Source: Psammoneis japonica (taxonomy: Eukaryota). Taken from it: DNA of 64,000 bases. Location of the stretch: the NCBI GenBank assembly GCA_008632985.1, contig QPGO01000085.1, positions 186,001-250,000 on the forward strand. Reading direction: 5' to 3'. Positions 11,375 to 23,582 of the stretch are shown here, one piece after another. A program made the position numbers and the translations under genes. Under the pieces are notes generated by a model. That model was given only the letters and a program-made list of their open reading frames with translations, was not told the origin of the DNA and made no database searches. Numbering within the stretch: position 1 is the stretch's first letter; each line of letters starts with the position of its first letter.

Positions 11375-12523
11375 ATGCCTTTTATGATGAAGACCAATCA
11401 TCTAACAGCTGCTCTCACTGTCGCCTTATCGGTGTGGTTGCTTTTCACCGTATCGTGGCAGGTTCGGGTGGGGAAGGCGAGTAATATTGGGGTTGGCAGA
11501 GCATCACTGCACGGGCATGTTGTTCCACGAGCACAGTGGCGTAGTCAACAAAGAGACATTCGAGTCAACTATACACCGCAAACGGACAAAACATCGTTTC
11601 CGACAAACGCTCTTCAAGGACGAAACGTCGTTGTCAGGCATCTTGGAAGAGTTGTAAAACGCAGGAACAAAACTACTGTCAACGATCCAAGGCGTGTACT
11701 GGTTCATTTGCATATTGCTAAGAGCGGCGGTACATCGTTGGATGATATTGGGGAAAAACTCGCACATGACTCCGGACGTCGCTATTTTGGAAATTACCAC
11801 TTTGATTGGTCCCGTATTGATGAGATGCCAAACGTCACAAACGTAGACGTTGTCATGTTGTTACGACACCCCGTTTCTCGCGCCGAAAGCCATTTTCATT
11901 ACATTAAAGACCAGGAATGGACAAGGCAGCTTCGAATGTACAACCAAACAATTGAAGAGTATCTTCATGATCCCGAATCATTGTTACAGTGCCTTGATGT
12001 GTGGCAGGATCAACAAGCATCCATTATGTGGTTAACTGGAAACCATATTGCAAGCTGGGTAAGTAGGTCTATATCTCCCAAAGAAAGAGATAAAAGGGAA
12101 CAGCGGGGGTTTGACCACGTCAAGATGTGCCACCTTGCAGCGAAGCGATTAAATCAAACACTGTGGTTTGGTATCTTGGAGGACAGTGAACGCTCTATGG
12201 AACTCTTGCAACATGCTCTCAAGCTCAACTATAGACCACAGCTCCCAAAATCCAATGTTGGGATGAAAAAACCAAAGATTCAGAAGATCTCTGAATGGTC
12301 CAGAAAAGCGCTCGAGTCTCTCATGCCTCAGGATATTTGGCTATACAATTATGCCAAGGCATTGTTTGAGGCGCGATGGACGGAGTACAAGACGGGAGTC
12401 TTTGTAGAACCAGAGTTACCACCCCTGCCAGACTTGCCATGCAGATCGAATCGCTTCGAGCTAAATTGCACAGCGGGTCCACTAGCTGAATCTGGACCCC
12501 TATACTTTCAACGCGTACATTAG
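11375..12523 (+). CDS. Golgi-type sulfotransferase, copy 2 (intact)
   Basis: Uninterrupted ORF; TM anchor LTVALSVWLLFTV; HLHIAKSGGTS; LLRHPVSRAESHF; WFGILED; DIWLYNYA. Confidence 0.88.
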   Translation: MPFMMKTNHLTAALTVALSVWLLFTVSWQVRVGKASNIGVGRASLHGHVVPRAQWRSQQRDIRVNYTPQTDKTSFPTNALQGRNVVVRHLGRVVKRRNKTTVNDPRRVLVHLHIAKSGGTSLDDIGEKLAHDSGRRYFGNYHFDWSRIDEMPNVTNVDVVMLLRHPVSRAESHFHYIKDQEWTRQLRMYNQTIEEYLHDPESLLQCLDVWQDQQASIMWLTGNHIASWVSRSISPKERDKREQRGFDHVKMCHLAAKRLNQTLWFGILEDSERSMELLQHALKLNYRPQLPKSNVGMKKPKIQKISEWSRKALESLMPQDIWLYNYAKALFEARWTEYKTGVFVEPELPPLPDLPCRSNRFELNCTAGPLAESGPLYFQRVH

Positions 12524-12627
12524 AATGGGAAAGATTGCTGTCTAGCTAAGACTACCGTTCCTTTGTCTATAAATATCATATGTCATCGATCTAGACTTCA
12601 CCTCAGAAGAGTCTGTTTGGCTGCGTT

Positions 12628-12849
12628 CATCTCCAAAATTCCTTTTACAAGTTATCCCTGTGTCCAGAGAGGACTCGTAGCAAGTGTTCCAATCCGTGCT
12701 TCTTTCTTGTGGGCTCACTGGCGTCGATACATAACATGATCTGAAGGCATCTCCAAAATTCCTTTTACAAGTTATCCTTGTGTCCAGAGAGGACTCGTAG
12801 CAAGTGTTCCAATCCGTGCTCCTTTTGTTTAGAAATAACATGATCTGAC
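12628..12849. repeat. Direct tandem duplication with 120-bp period
   Basis: catctccaaaattccttttacaagttatcc..ccaatccgtgct at 12628 and 12748. Confidence 0.92.
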
Positions 12850-13084
12850 CAGGGAGATTTTGGCGCGACACCCCGTTATTCCGGCCGCCGCTGCCTGCTC
12901 GCGGCGCCGTCCAGTCTGGCCATCAACCGTTGATGTGTTCGGTGCGTTTTTTTGTCGTTTTGCCGAGGACCAAAAAGGTTTCAACCAAGCTACTGTAAGC
13001 CTTAAAAGGCAACGGGTCGACGCTATTATACCACGCATGCTAATGATAGGCTTGCACTTGATAGTCACGTACTATGCGTACAAA

Positions 13085-14179
13085 ATGATGCGACATGTTA
13101 CTGCTTTTCGCCTCAAGGCCAACAATGTAACAACAGCTCTCGCAGTCGCCTTGTCGGCGTGGTTTCTTTTCACCGCATCATTGTATGTTTGGGTGGAGAG
13201 GGCGAGTAGCCTTGGGGATGGGAGATCATCGCCGTACGGCTATGTTGTTTCACGAGCGCAGCAGTGGCGTCGCCAAAAAAGAAATGTTCGAGCCAGTTAC
13301 AGTGGACCGCAAACTGACAAGCCATTGCCGTTTAAAGGACAAAGGGTCGTCGGGGATCGTTCATTAGTTCATTTACACATAGGCAAGAGCGGTGGTTCAT
13401 CATTAGATAGAATTGGTTTCAAACTTGCACAAGACTCGGGACGTCGCTATGTGGGTTATCGCCACTTTGATTGGTCCTACATTGACAAGATATCAAACGT
13501 CACGAACGTAGACGTTGTCATGTTCTTGCGACACCCCGTGGCTCGTGCCGAAAGTCACTTTGATTTCGCCAAAGGTGACGACTGGACAAGGAAGCTTCGA
13601 ATGTTCAACCAAACAATCGAAGAGTGCCTTCATGATCCAGAATCGTTGTTGCAATGCCGTGATGTGTGGCAGGATCAACAAGCATCCATCATGTGGTTAA
13701 CTGGAAACCACATCGCCAGCTGGGCAGGCGCACCTCCCGAAGAAAGAAGAAAGGGAACAGCGGGGGCTTGACTACGTCAGATGTGCCACCTTGCGGCAAA
13801 GCGATTAAATGAAACATTTTGGTTTGGCATATTGGAGGACCTTGAACGTTCCATGGAACTCTTACAACATGCCCTCAAGCTCGACTATAGACCTCAGCTC
13901 CCAAAATCCAATGTTGGGATGAAAAACCCAAAGGCTCCGCCGCTCTCCGAATGGTCCAGAAAAGCGCTCGAGTCTCTCATGCCTCAGGATATCTGGCTCT
14001 ATAATTACGCCAAGACATTGTTTGAGGCACGATGGGTTGAATACAAGACTGGAGTCTTTACGGAACCAGAGTTACCACCCCTACCAGACTTGCCATGCAG
14101 ATCGACTCGCTTCGAGCTAAATTGCACGTCGGGTCCTCTAGCTGAGTCTGGGCCCCTCTATTTTCATCTAGTAACTTAG
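13085..14179 (+). CDS. Golgi-type sulfotransferase, copy 3; frame break near 13745-13780
   Basis: Same motifs (HLHIGKSGGSS, FLRHPVARAESHF). The C-terminal ORF 13781-14179 is near-identical to copies 1 and 2. Confidence 0.82.
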
Positions 14180-14241
14180 TATCTGCTACTGCGTAAAGAC
14201 TGCCGGCGTCGTTCTTTATGAATGTCACCTGCGTCTATAGT

Positions 14242-15441
14242 TTACCTCATTTGACGTCTGCCTGCTGGCTTGATGCTTTTCTTAATCATTTCCTCCCATT
14301 TCTTGTCCATATCATCTGTCATCTGTAAAGGGTAAAATTCCTTTGGAAGTGGTGTCTCGTTCTCGCCACCATTTCCTGTTCCGCATTCCTTATTGATAAT
14401 TTCTCTTCGTTCGCGCGTCCTTACTGTATCCAAGTAGCACCCATGATCTGCAAGCAAATGAGCATGTTCCGGGAGAGCAGCAACGACCGGATTGATGAAT
14501 ACTATCATGTTTAGCCAAACATCTGCCCCACGACGAGAGAATCAAACATCCAGTGAGGCGCAATTAGCGGCATGAGGTATCACTCAAAAACGTCGGATTA
14601 GAATACTTACGTTGCGCATTGTACGCTTCCCCGTTCGGGCAGTCAAGTTTCGTTTCGTTTCTTCCATCGCAGTCCGATGAATCTTTTGGGTGAGTTCGTC
14701 TGAGAAACGAAAGCCATACATTTCGAACTTGGTTATCCACCACTCTCTGTCATGCACTTCGACATGATGCCAACCACCCCAATTGCTGTGCGTAACAAAG
14801 AGCAAGGCGGCCTTCCGAAAGGCTGGCAAATAATTTTTATGAAAATTCCTTCCAACGTGTTCCAGAAACTCCACAGACCAAACAGCATCGACGGTTCTAG
14901 GAGGCCACCAGGGGCCTCTTGAAAAATCATGCTCAGTCACAACGTCCTTTACAATGTTCTGCTCAACCGCATCGTGACTCCCTTCTACACATAATGTATC
15001 AACTCCATGCATTTTAAACCACGACGTGGATATGCCGCGACCGCAACCCACGTCGAGGAGTGACTTGACACCAAGCTTGGAAACCATGTACTTCCACGTG
15101 TGTGGAGAAACGCCAAATCCGTCGTACTCTGTAAATCCTCCCAAATGCGCCTTGTCACCGGCTCCGCCGTATATGTTTCGGTTGATCTTTTTGGCTTGGG
15201 CTTTTGTGATTTGAACCGACGGCAGTGCTATTGCGGGGCCTTTTTCATAGTCTAGAGAGTACAAATTTTTGTTGTTTTGATTTACAACCTCCTCGGGATA
15301 GGTAGGTATTGCCATGCTTGTATCGATGGAAACTCGATTGTACTGATATGTCAGCTGGAACACCAGCACATTGGAACACAAAAGCAGCAATAACCACATG
15401 ACACCGCTGCTGCGTCCCGCAACACCCAAAGACGACTTCAT
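14242..15441 (-). CDS. Class I SAM-dependent methyltransferase with N-terminal membrane anchor; intron ~14523-14610
   Basis: SLLDVGCGRG motif I and WSVEFLEHV. The gtaagt donor at 14610 and cag acceptor at 14523 rebuild YNAQHVWLNM. One frameshift near 14640. Confidence 0.82.
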
Positions 15442-16029
15442 GAGAAAAGAAAAGAAGCTGCTGAAGCAATTCAAGACAACAAAGAAGAGACAAACTGGGA
15501 GCGTGCGGTAGTTTGGGTTTGATATAATGCCATATGGAGCAACTCTATAAAAAGCAAAGTAGCAATCTCTCCAAACGATTGTTGCTGTGATTTCAAGGGG
15601 CAAGCATTGTCAGTCATTTCAAAATATTTGGTTCGTCAGTAGCAGCTCAGTACAAATCTACGTCAATAACTATTATTGCGATACTGGTGAGAACACCGTT
15701 AAACACGGACGTGCTCGCTCGACGGTGCCCCTTGTCACTCGATCCCGTCAAGTCGTGTGTTGCGTTTTTTTGTCGCATTTGAATTTCTAGCCGCGCCGGC
15801 AAGCCGGCGATTTGTCGTTGCGACACACAATGCGACTTTTTTTGGAATTTTAGTACATTATATAAAACCTATAAGTACGAATAAAGATATTCAACGGTTG
15901 ATTCCCGCCAAAGATTTCGTGACGGACCAAACCGGCGACCAACATCCACAACAAAATATCTTCTCTCTCAATTCCTCGTTCATTTATTCTACGATCATAG
16001 GTTAAACCCGGTTGCGTGTCATCATCACC

Positions 16030-16932
16030 ATGAGGATGTACTTTGTGTTCCTCTCCACCTTTCTAGTGGCAAAAGTCTCGGGTGAGAACCATGTCCATCG
16101 TCTACGTAATCAGGACGAAACGTTGTTTGGTCGAGCGGTTGACGAGTCCGATACACCGGAAAGCCTGAATGAGTTGTTTGTGGACGATGAAGGTTTGTGG
16201 GCGAGGTTCTTGGGATCTTCCATGTCTATGAGTTTTGGTGGTAGCATGAGCATGAGTATGAGTATTGACACGTCTTGTGTTCCCAGTGACGTGCCGGAAT
16301 TTGTGATTGACAACGATGTGGATGTCGGAGACACCATGATGCGTCCGGGACCGGCTTTTGCCGAATCCTGTGGTAAGGATTGTATCACCGTCAAGGACAA
16401 TGGAGACGACCCTCCGTTTGACCCAGAACGTGGCGATACGTTGCGCTTTGCCTACAAGGAAACGTCGGGAGACTTTTCGATTCAATCGCGTGTTTGCGGC
16501 ATGGACTGCGATAGCGACGGATATGACGGCATCTTTGGCCGGACTGGCCTGTCTGTTCGAGAGAGTCTTGATCCTTTTGCGAGAAACATTTTCGTGTCTC
16601 ACAGTCCCAATGCAATGGCTGACTGGTCTTGGAGGCTCGAACCCAATGGAGACACTGTGTCCAGCGAAGACGGAAGTCCGGATGTTCCGTGCCTTTGGAT
16701 TACGTTGGTTCGAGAAGGCAACGACTTTACCTTTTCTTATGCCTACGAATCGGATGAAGAGGGCGGTTGCAAGCAAGATGGGGAGTCGGTGGAAGTCCTT
16801 ACGCAGACGGTGAAGATTGACATGCCCAATAAAGTCCTTGTGGGGCTCGCGGTATCCTCCAAAGCACCAACGCCCCCGTTCTGCGTATTCACGACGGCAG
16901 ATTTTAGAGATATCGAATGCCGTGGCTGTTGA
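16030..16932 (+). CDS. Secreted protein with SMSMS tract and ConA/laminin-G-like beta-sandwich domain
   Basis: Signal peptide MRMYFVFLSTFLVAKVSG; HRLR; WARFLGSSMSMSFGGSMSMSMS; GDFSIQSRV..GRTGLSVRESLDP..VLVGLAVSS. Confidence 0.7.
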   Translation: MRMYFVFLSTFLVAKVSGENHVHRLRNQDETLFGRAVDESDTPESLNELFVDDEGLWARFLGSSMSMSFGGSMSMSMSIDTSCVPSDVPEFVIDNDVDVGDTMMRPGPAFAESCGKDCITVKDNGDDPPFDPERGDTLRFAYKETSGDFSIQSRVCGMDCDSDGYDGIFGRTGLSVRESLDPFARNIFVSHSPNAMADWSWRLEPNGDTVSSEDGSPDVPCLWITLVREGNDFTFSYAYESDEEGGCKQDGESVEVLTQTVKIDMPNKVLVGLAVSSKAPTPPFCVFTTADFRDIECRGC

Positions 16933-17189
16933 GACAGTTTTATGATGACGTCGATGATTAGTTGGTCACTTATTTATTGGGAAAAGTAGTTGACAAGATA
17001 AGCCAGTACAGTAGTGCGAGTAAACATATTTCAAGTGAAACCGCCAAGTACACTTACCCGAACTCCCGTGATGGCAGGCTTCTCATGCGTATTTCGCGCG
17101 ATCAACGATGAAGTGAGCTTGAAGCATGACTGAACGATACGCGCTTCTGCTTTTTTACCTTTTTGTTTCACTCAAAACCCTTGCCCACC

Positions 17190-17551
17190 ATGACTGAAAT
17201 GCGCAACTTGACAGCATACTTTGGTTGCTTCGACGGAACCGGCAAACCTTGGTCCGAGGTTGAGCCATTCTACAACCAGGCCTTTTCCACGGATGTAAGC
17301 ATTGTGACAACGACAACAAAGGGCAAATCGAAATATGGTTTTGACGATTGGAAAGACTTTCTTCAATACAGTTTGACAAGGAAAGCTGAATTCACATGAT
17401 CTCCCTCAATCTATTGCCGGACAAGCATGCTATCGAGTATTCGGCTAACCTAATCTATCCGGATAAAGACGAACCCATTCCGTTTGCTAGCACTGGGTAC
17501 TTCAACGAAGAAGGGAAACTCATCAAGATTGTTCCACTAGAAAAGAAGTGA
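17190..17551 (+). CDS. Small protein, possibly NTF2/SnoaL-like fold; one frameshift near 17390
   Basis: MTEMRNLTAYFGCFDG.. continues in another frame to ..STGYFNEEGKLIKIVPLEKK-stop. Confidence 0.5.
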
Positions 17552-17642
17552 ATCGAGTGGCAAATGAACATAGTTTTATAGTTTACTTTACAAGATTAAC
17601 ATGAAGCACCCATTTTCCTTATGACAGGACTCGTCAATCTAT

Positions 17643-19059
17643 CTATGAATCCTTGACCTGTTCGTACGCCCACTTGAGCCAAGGCATGAGATCCTGTACA
17701 TCCTTCTTTTCCACGGTAGATCCACACCAGATACGAATAGAGGGCGGAGCATCACGGTAACCACCAATATCAAGGGCCACGTTTTCCTTCTCAAGCAACG
17801 CAACGAACGCCTTGATCTGGTCGGCATTCAAGTCCAATGTGAGACACACCGACGTGGACGACCTTGTAGCGGGGTCCTTGGCCAAAAAGTCAATCCAATC
17901 GTTCTCTTGCACAAAGGATTCCACAACTGCCAGATTGTCCTGAGACATTTTGATGAGAGCATCGACACCCCCGACCGAGTCGGCCCATTCCAAGGCATCA
18001 ATGTAATCTTCGACAGCCAACATGGAGGGGGTGTTAATTGTAGACCCCTTGAAAATGGCGGCATCGACCTTGCCCTTTTTCACCATGCGGAAAATCTTGG
18101 GCAAGGGACGGTTTTCGGGAGTCCACGATTCCAATCGCTCCACCGCACGAGGACTCAAAATCAAAATACCGTGTCCACCCTCTCCGCCCAAGACCTTTTG
18201 CCACGAGTACGTTGTCACATCCAGCTTTTCCCAAGGCATATTCATGGCAAAGCATGCAGAGGTTGCATCGCACAGTGTCAATCCGGTACGGCTGTCGGAA
18301 ATAAAATCACATCCGTCGGCTACACGAACACCCGAAGTGGTTCCGTTGAAGGTAAAGCAGATATCATTGTCGGGGTTGACTTTGCTCAAATCAGGCAGCT
18401 CACCATAATCAGCAGTATGCTCATTCACTCAACCGAATCTCTCAATTTCAAGTGAGAAATGGCATCGGCAAACCATCCCTTCCCAAACGACTCCCAATGG
18501 CAGACATCGACATTTCGTTGGCCCAGCATGTTCCACATTGCCATTTCGTATGCACCCGTGTCTGAGGCGGGGACAATACCGAGCAGATAATCATCCGGAA
18601 CTCCCAAGAGACGCTTGCTCGTGTCAATGGCATAGGCCAAACGTTCTTTTCCAATCTTGCTACGGTGTGACCTTCCCAAGGTGCGTGAATCAAGGCCGGA
18701 GACATCATATCCCGGGCGTTTCTTACAGGGACCTGACGAAAATTCAGGATTAGCGGGCTAAATAGCAAACATAACACAGATTGGAATGGTTAAGTATGTA
18801 TATAGTATGGCACACGAGAAAGGCTTGGACAAGTCAGATCTTTGCCTTTATTCATCGGCCCATCATTTTGACGAGGTGCCGGCACATTATTTATTTTTTG
18901 TTCTTTGCAACACTTGAATCAACATACCTTCACTGTTGGAGCAGCTGCACTCATCATGCGCAACCCCGCAAACTGATGTTGCTTCATAACGACATGACGA
19001 AAGGAAGAAGATGTGTTGACAAAGGCAACAGCACGGGCGGCGGGTCCAAGACGCATCAT
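17643..19059 (-). CDS. serC: Phosphoserine aminotransferase (Methanosarcina/alphaproteobacterial type) with organellar presequence; intron 18758-18927
   Basis: [50 protein letters not shown] (PLP Lys), [14 protein letters not shown]. Frameshift near 18430. Confidence 0.92.
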
Positions 19060-19522
19060 GGTTGTTGGTCGTTTTTTCGAAAAATGACGCTGGTCACAAA
19101 CTCCATCGTCACGTGCAAATACTTTATTCAGACTTGTAGGTAATTCAGTGTTTTTGTCGGAGGGAGCTCAGCCGCACAAAAAAATGGCGGGAAACGGATG
19201 GCGGCGAGACGAGAAAAAAAATGAGGCGACGTCATGGTCGCTTCCGTCCGTAGTTTCGAATCCAATGAAATTTCGTCAAAGAAGGACCAATTGGGAAAGA
19301 CAGAGAAGAGTGAACAAATCAATCTCTGCCGTTCCCTGATCTCTAGACATACTTGGAGCATTGCACAAGTAGGTGTGCGGTACTATATCTCTCTAGTAAA
19401 GCAGCGAGGATAGAGTCGGCTCGAAATAGTGCACTTCTAGCTACTAGTAAAACCGAAGCACCAAAGAAAAAAAGAAATTAGATCTCAAATTCTATTCTAG
19501 CCAACAATAACAAAATCGCCTA

Positions 19523-20053
19523 TTATATTCCAGGAAGAAAGTTATCCGGGTCGCTCAGATAGATGTTTCTCACAAACAGAAACGAACTAAATGCCACTGC
19601 AAGCACAGTATATGCCTTGATCTTGGAGAGTCTCTCAAAATCTTCAATTTCTTTGCGAACTTCATCTCCGCGTCCCTCTTTTTCAGCTTCTCCAATTCTA
19701 CCCTCCTTCATGCTCTTGTATCCCAGCGATTTGTAATACTCTTCCTTCTTGTCAAGCGCATAGTAGAATCCGGGATTTTCCAAAAAAGCATTGTACTCGT
19801 CTTCGGCTTGTTTTCGGGTCAGACCGCCTTGCTTCATTTTTTCCTCCACGACGCGGTTGTAATCATCGGGATCCATGAGTTTTTTGGCACGTGCAATTGG
19901 ACCCATTGTCGCAAACAGCGACGTCGTCGTGGAAGTGTGCGGCAGCGACAGCTTTCGATTGGCCATAAAGTGTCGTGGTACAATGTTAAAGGCTGTCACG
20001 GCTACGGAAACCAATGTCACAAGGAACGCGAGAAGGGTTAATCTTGTCACCAT
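19523..20053 (-). CDS. Probable plastid-targeted protein of unknown function with C-terminal TM helix
   Basis: Signal peptide ending VTA-F followed by a Ser/Thr-rich transit peptide; 176-aa clean ORF. Confidence 0.75.
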   Translation of the reverse strand: MVTRLTLLAFLVTLVSVAVTAFNIVPRHFMANRKLSLPHTSTTTSLFATMGPIARAKKLMDPDDYNRVVEEKMKQGGLTRKQAEDEYNAFLENPGFYYALDKKEEYYKSLGYKSMKEGRIGEAEKEGRGDEVRKEIEDFERLSKIKAYTVLAVAFSSFLFVRNIYLSDPDNFLPGI

Positions 20054-20934
20054 GGTTTAAAAGGCAGCCGCAGTCTAGTTGTCGCTCAAGAGAGGAGTTT
20101 TAGACCTGCGTCGGGCGAATTTGGCCATTGCGCCACTTGCCGCCGCGAAATATCTTTGTGACGTCACAAAGATCCAGATCTACTGGTATTACAGGGGTCA
20201 CCGATCTAGTGTTTATTATTTATTATCCCGGACGATTACTTATTCGTTAGACTTTATTGGCGAAGAAACGTGACAATTGCATTTAGGTAACTTTTATTCG
20301 AACATTTAGTGTGAGTTTAACTTATGTCATTAATGACGTCATAGGGGTCTTTCTGGCTAGGCGTGCGTCGGAACTGCCTGACACCGGCCTCGTTTGGCGT
20401 CGAAGGCTTAAAATTAAAATAGTAATAGATGATGTCATCAACATAAGTAGGAAAATGTCCGACTTGTCTTCATGTCTCACGGATTTTATTTATGAAAATA
20501 ATAAACACTGCATTTACGGTCAAATATAGAAATAAAATTATTTGGATTCGTTAGCAATACAATGCTCGTGGAAATAATACGAAAAACAATAAACACTAGA
20601 TGTGCGCGCTGCGCGATTTCGATTAGATCAGCGATGCCTGTACTGTAGACCAGCGCCGCGAACAAACCAAAGCAAGAGCAAAAATCGACCAAGGCCAAAA
20701 CCCTTCCGGCATTGTTGAAACAACGTTTGTTTGTCAATTAGAGAAGACTTCCATCTAACGAAACAGTATGAGTACTTCTGCCACCAGTGTCAACAGTCAA
20801 ATCCCGCGTTCAAACAAAACACCACCAGCAATGACGCGCGAGACAATGGCTGGAACGTGACCAGACCCATCTGCACTACAACACGACGGGAGACTGTGAC
20901 GACTACTTGCCGATTAAAGCCAGCCGCTTGTTGC

Positions 20935-21062
20935 AGAGTGTCCTTTTTCTGTCCAAGAACGTAGAGGACTCTGACGGAGAAGTGTCGGGTAGAGCCGCGT
21001 GTTTCAGAGTATCATTCTTCTGTCCAAGAGCGTAGAGGACTCTGATGGACAAGTGTCGGGTA
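20935..21062. repeat. ~70-bp tandem duplication
   Basis: ttctgtccaaga.cgtagaggactctga.gga.aagtgtcgggta occurs twice. Confidence 0.85.
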
Positions 21063-22699
21063 CGCAATCACTCAAACCGGTTTGTCTATTCATCTGAACT
21101 TTGAGTAGAGTTGTTCCAACGACGACAAATCGTTCTGCAGGGCTCTTGACTAGAGGGAGTAGTTTAGGCAGTATCGCGTCTGCGCATGATTTTCGGTTCC
21201 ATGCGTTCCGCTCTTTGCGGCATATTCAAAAGAAACAATGATTGCATCCTGGTACTTGTCTGCAACTTGCTACAAATTTTAGAGCGTCACTATCCACTCT
21301 CGCTGCACAAGCATCTTTGTCTTGCCTTTTGAAGAGCGTTGGAGTTACACAAGCAGTAATATTCTAATACCTGGAAAGCAATAATACGATTTGGAGGCTT
21401 TACCGTACCTACCTCTAGTTCTCCTTTTACGCGCTGATCGCTTTTGATATGTGCAAATGGTGAATGACGGAATTTTGAATTTCGACCTGCAGAGATCAAG
21501 GGTTTGCTTGCTAGTGGCAGTGGTTACATGTGGAAGGCCACTTGCCTGTGAAGAATCTCGGGTACAAGGACCAAGGTTGCGATTGATCGAGAATGCTTAG
21601 AGGGGACAAGGGATGTTTAATATCAGAAAGGTACTGTTACGAATAGACGAGTTTCAAGTCTATTATGAGCAAAACGGGGCAGTACAGATTGAGCTTCTGT
21701 CAGCAAAGAGTCTTGGCCGATGGTGGTATGGAAGGGAATTATTGTGTCCTGTGGCAGCGTACAATGTGGCAAGTCCACTCCACTGCCAAAAGGCGATAGG
21801 TGGAAGAAGTCCATTAGCATAAGAGAGACGCTACGGCTCGCCTCTTCCAACCGCTGCGACGTGGTGTAGACAGTAAGAAGTGAGGTTTCGTCTGCACGCT
21901 TTCCAACTCGAGCAAATACAAAAGCAGACAGTGAACAGTGAGGCGTTGATACCCACATTGTTTGATTGTCGAGAAAAGTCCCTTCACTTCGTTAAGCGAT
22001 ACAACGCATCATGGCTGTCGCATTTGGCTCCTTCACATTATTCATCGATTCTCAGTTTCAGTTTCTCTACAGTTCCTTTCTCAAACTCGAGGAATCTCGT
22101 TGACATGTTTCAGAAACACGCGCTTCGATACCTCGTGACTTACAAAATTTGACGATTGGACATCAAAAGAAGTCTGGTCCTGTCAGATTGGTGCGGTTGA
22201 CTTTTGGATTGCATATCTTTCACATCAACCCATCACCAGCTGATGACATTCTCCCGCGCAATCTTTTGAACTCAGTGTGGTGGCTCCAACTTCAATGACG
22301 TACCCGGATAACATGACGTAAGACAACTTCTCTAAGTACTCATGACGTGTCAAAATGGATATCTTCTAAACCATTCATTCATACGAAAGATACGCTGGGG
22401 CTACCTACGCTACGGTACGGGCTACGGCACGATTGAACAAGCCAACGTGGACCAGCCAACCGGATCGCTTCACAGATCACCAGCGACACGCACACGACAC
22501 TGGATCTTTCGTCGTGTGTGTGCACTTCTTTTTTCTTTGAATCCAACAGCCAATCTTTCCCGACGCTGGCTGCTTCAAGAGTTGCAAAAGATCCATTTGG
22601 TTCGGTCCGTGAGTTAATAAACGGTAAGCACAAACATTGCGATGCACTTTATCTAACGTTGGCGACTTTTCCCACCAGCAATTTATTCCCGTGTGCCTG

Positions 22700-23001
22700 G
22701 TTTCTCGCTTTCACCACGATTCGATTTTTTCGTTCTATGTATGCTTTTTTCGTCGTATGCTTTTTTCGTCGTTCTTTTTACGCATCACAATGGAAAGTTA
22801 TAATTAGTCACGATTTGAGCGTGTATGCACTTTTATTGGACGTTTGTGGCTGTTTTCTCCTTGAATTATTTCCCGGTTTCGTTTCTCGCTTTCACCGTGC
22901 TTGAATCGAGTCGCCTTTTTCGTTCTGCGTATGCATTTTTCGCCGTTCTTTCTACCCACCACATTGGAACGTAATCGCTAGTCATGTTTTGAGCGTGTAT
23001 G
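22700..23001. repeat. Diverged ~180-bp-period duplication
   Basis: gtttctcgctttcacc..ttcgttct..gtatgc..tttgagcgtgtatg at ~22700 and ~22882. Confidence 0.75.
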
Positions 23002-23582
23002 GTTAAAATGATGGTTCGGATGGGCCGTTCGACGCCATTTTCCATGAAGATCGGTTTGGTTGGAAGCGCAGCACGACAATTTCTCACTCCGACATTGTGT
23101 TCAAGTTCCGGGTTCTGCATGACTGTGCCTGTTTGCGACGTCATCACGACATAAAGGCAATATCTATGCGACATAATATGCATGGCTTTTCTTCCATAAA
23201 TGGTGCTGATGTCATATGCGTTGAGGGACGGCATTGATTGGCGCAGATGCGTTGTGAAATTTTGTGTTTAAGCGATTTCGCGAACTCCAAAACCGTTTTT
23301 TATTTAAGAGTATGACTCAATGTGTTGATTTTGGCGGAGGATGCGAATGCCGGGTCGGCGCTTGGTAAAAAAGTGCGTCTCAGAATGACGTGCATAACTG
23401 TACTGGAAATCGTGTAGAATTGATGTAGAAATGCTGCTTTTTCATTCCCCGCGCCATCTCAGAACTGACGCCAACCTCTTCGGATTTTCCTTTGCGCACT
23501 TCGCACTCACAACACGCTGTCATTTTTGTTCTTTTCTCGCTTTGGCATCAATCATTGCTCCGATGCAGGTTACCGAGCAGCT

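Noticed and set aside
20271..20736. Possible element with tgacaa/ttgtca termini
   Set aside because: Only a 6-bp inverted match and no target duplication.
21290..23234. Short ORFs in the long intergenic region
   Set aside because: No recognisable motifs or splice-consistent gene model.
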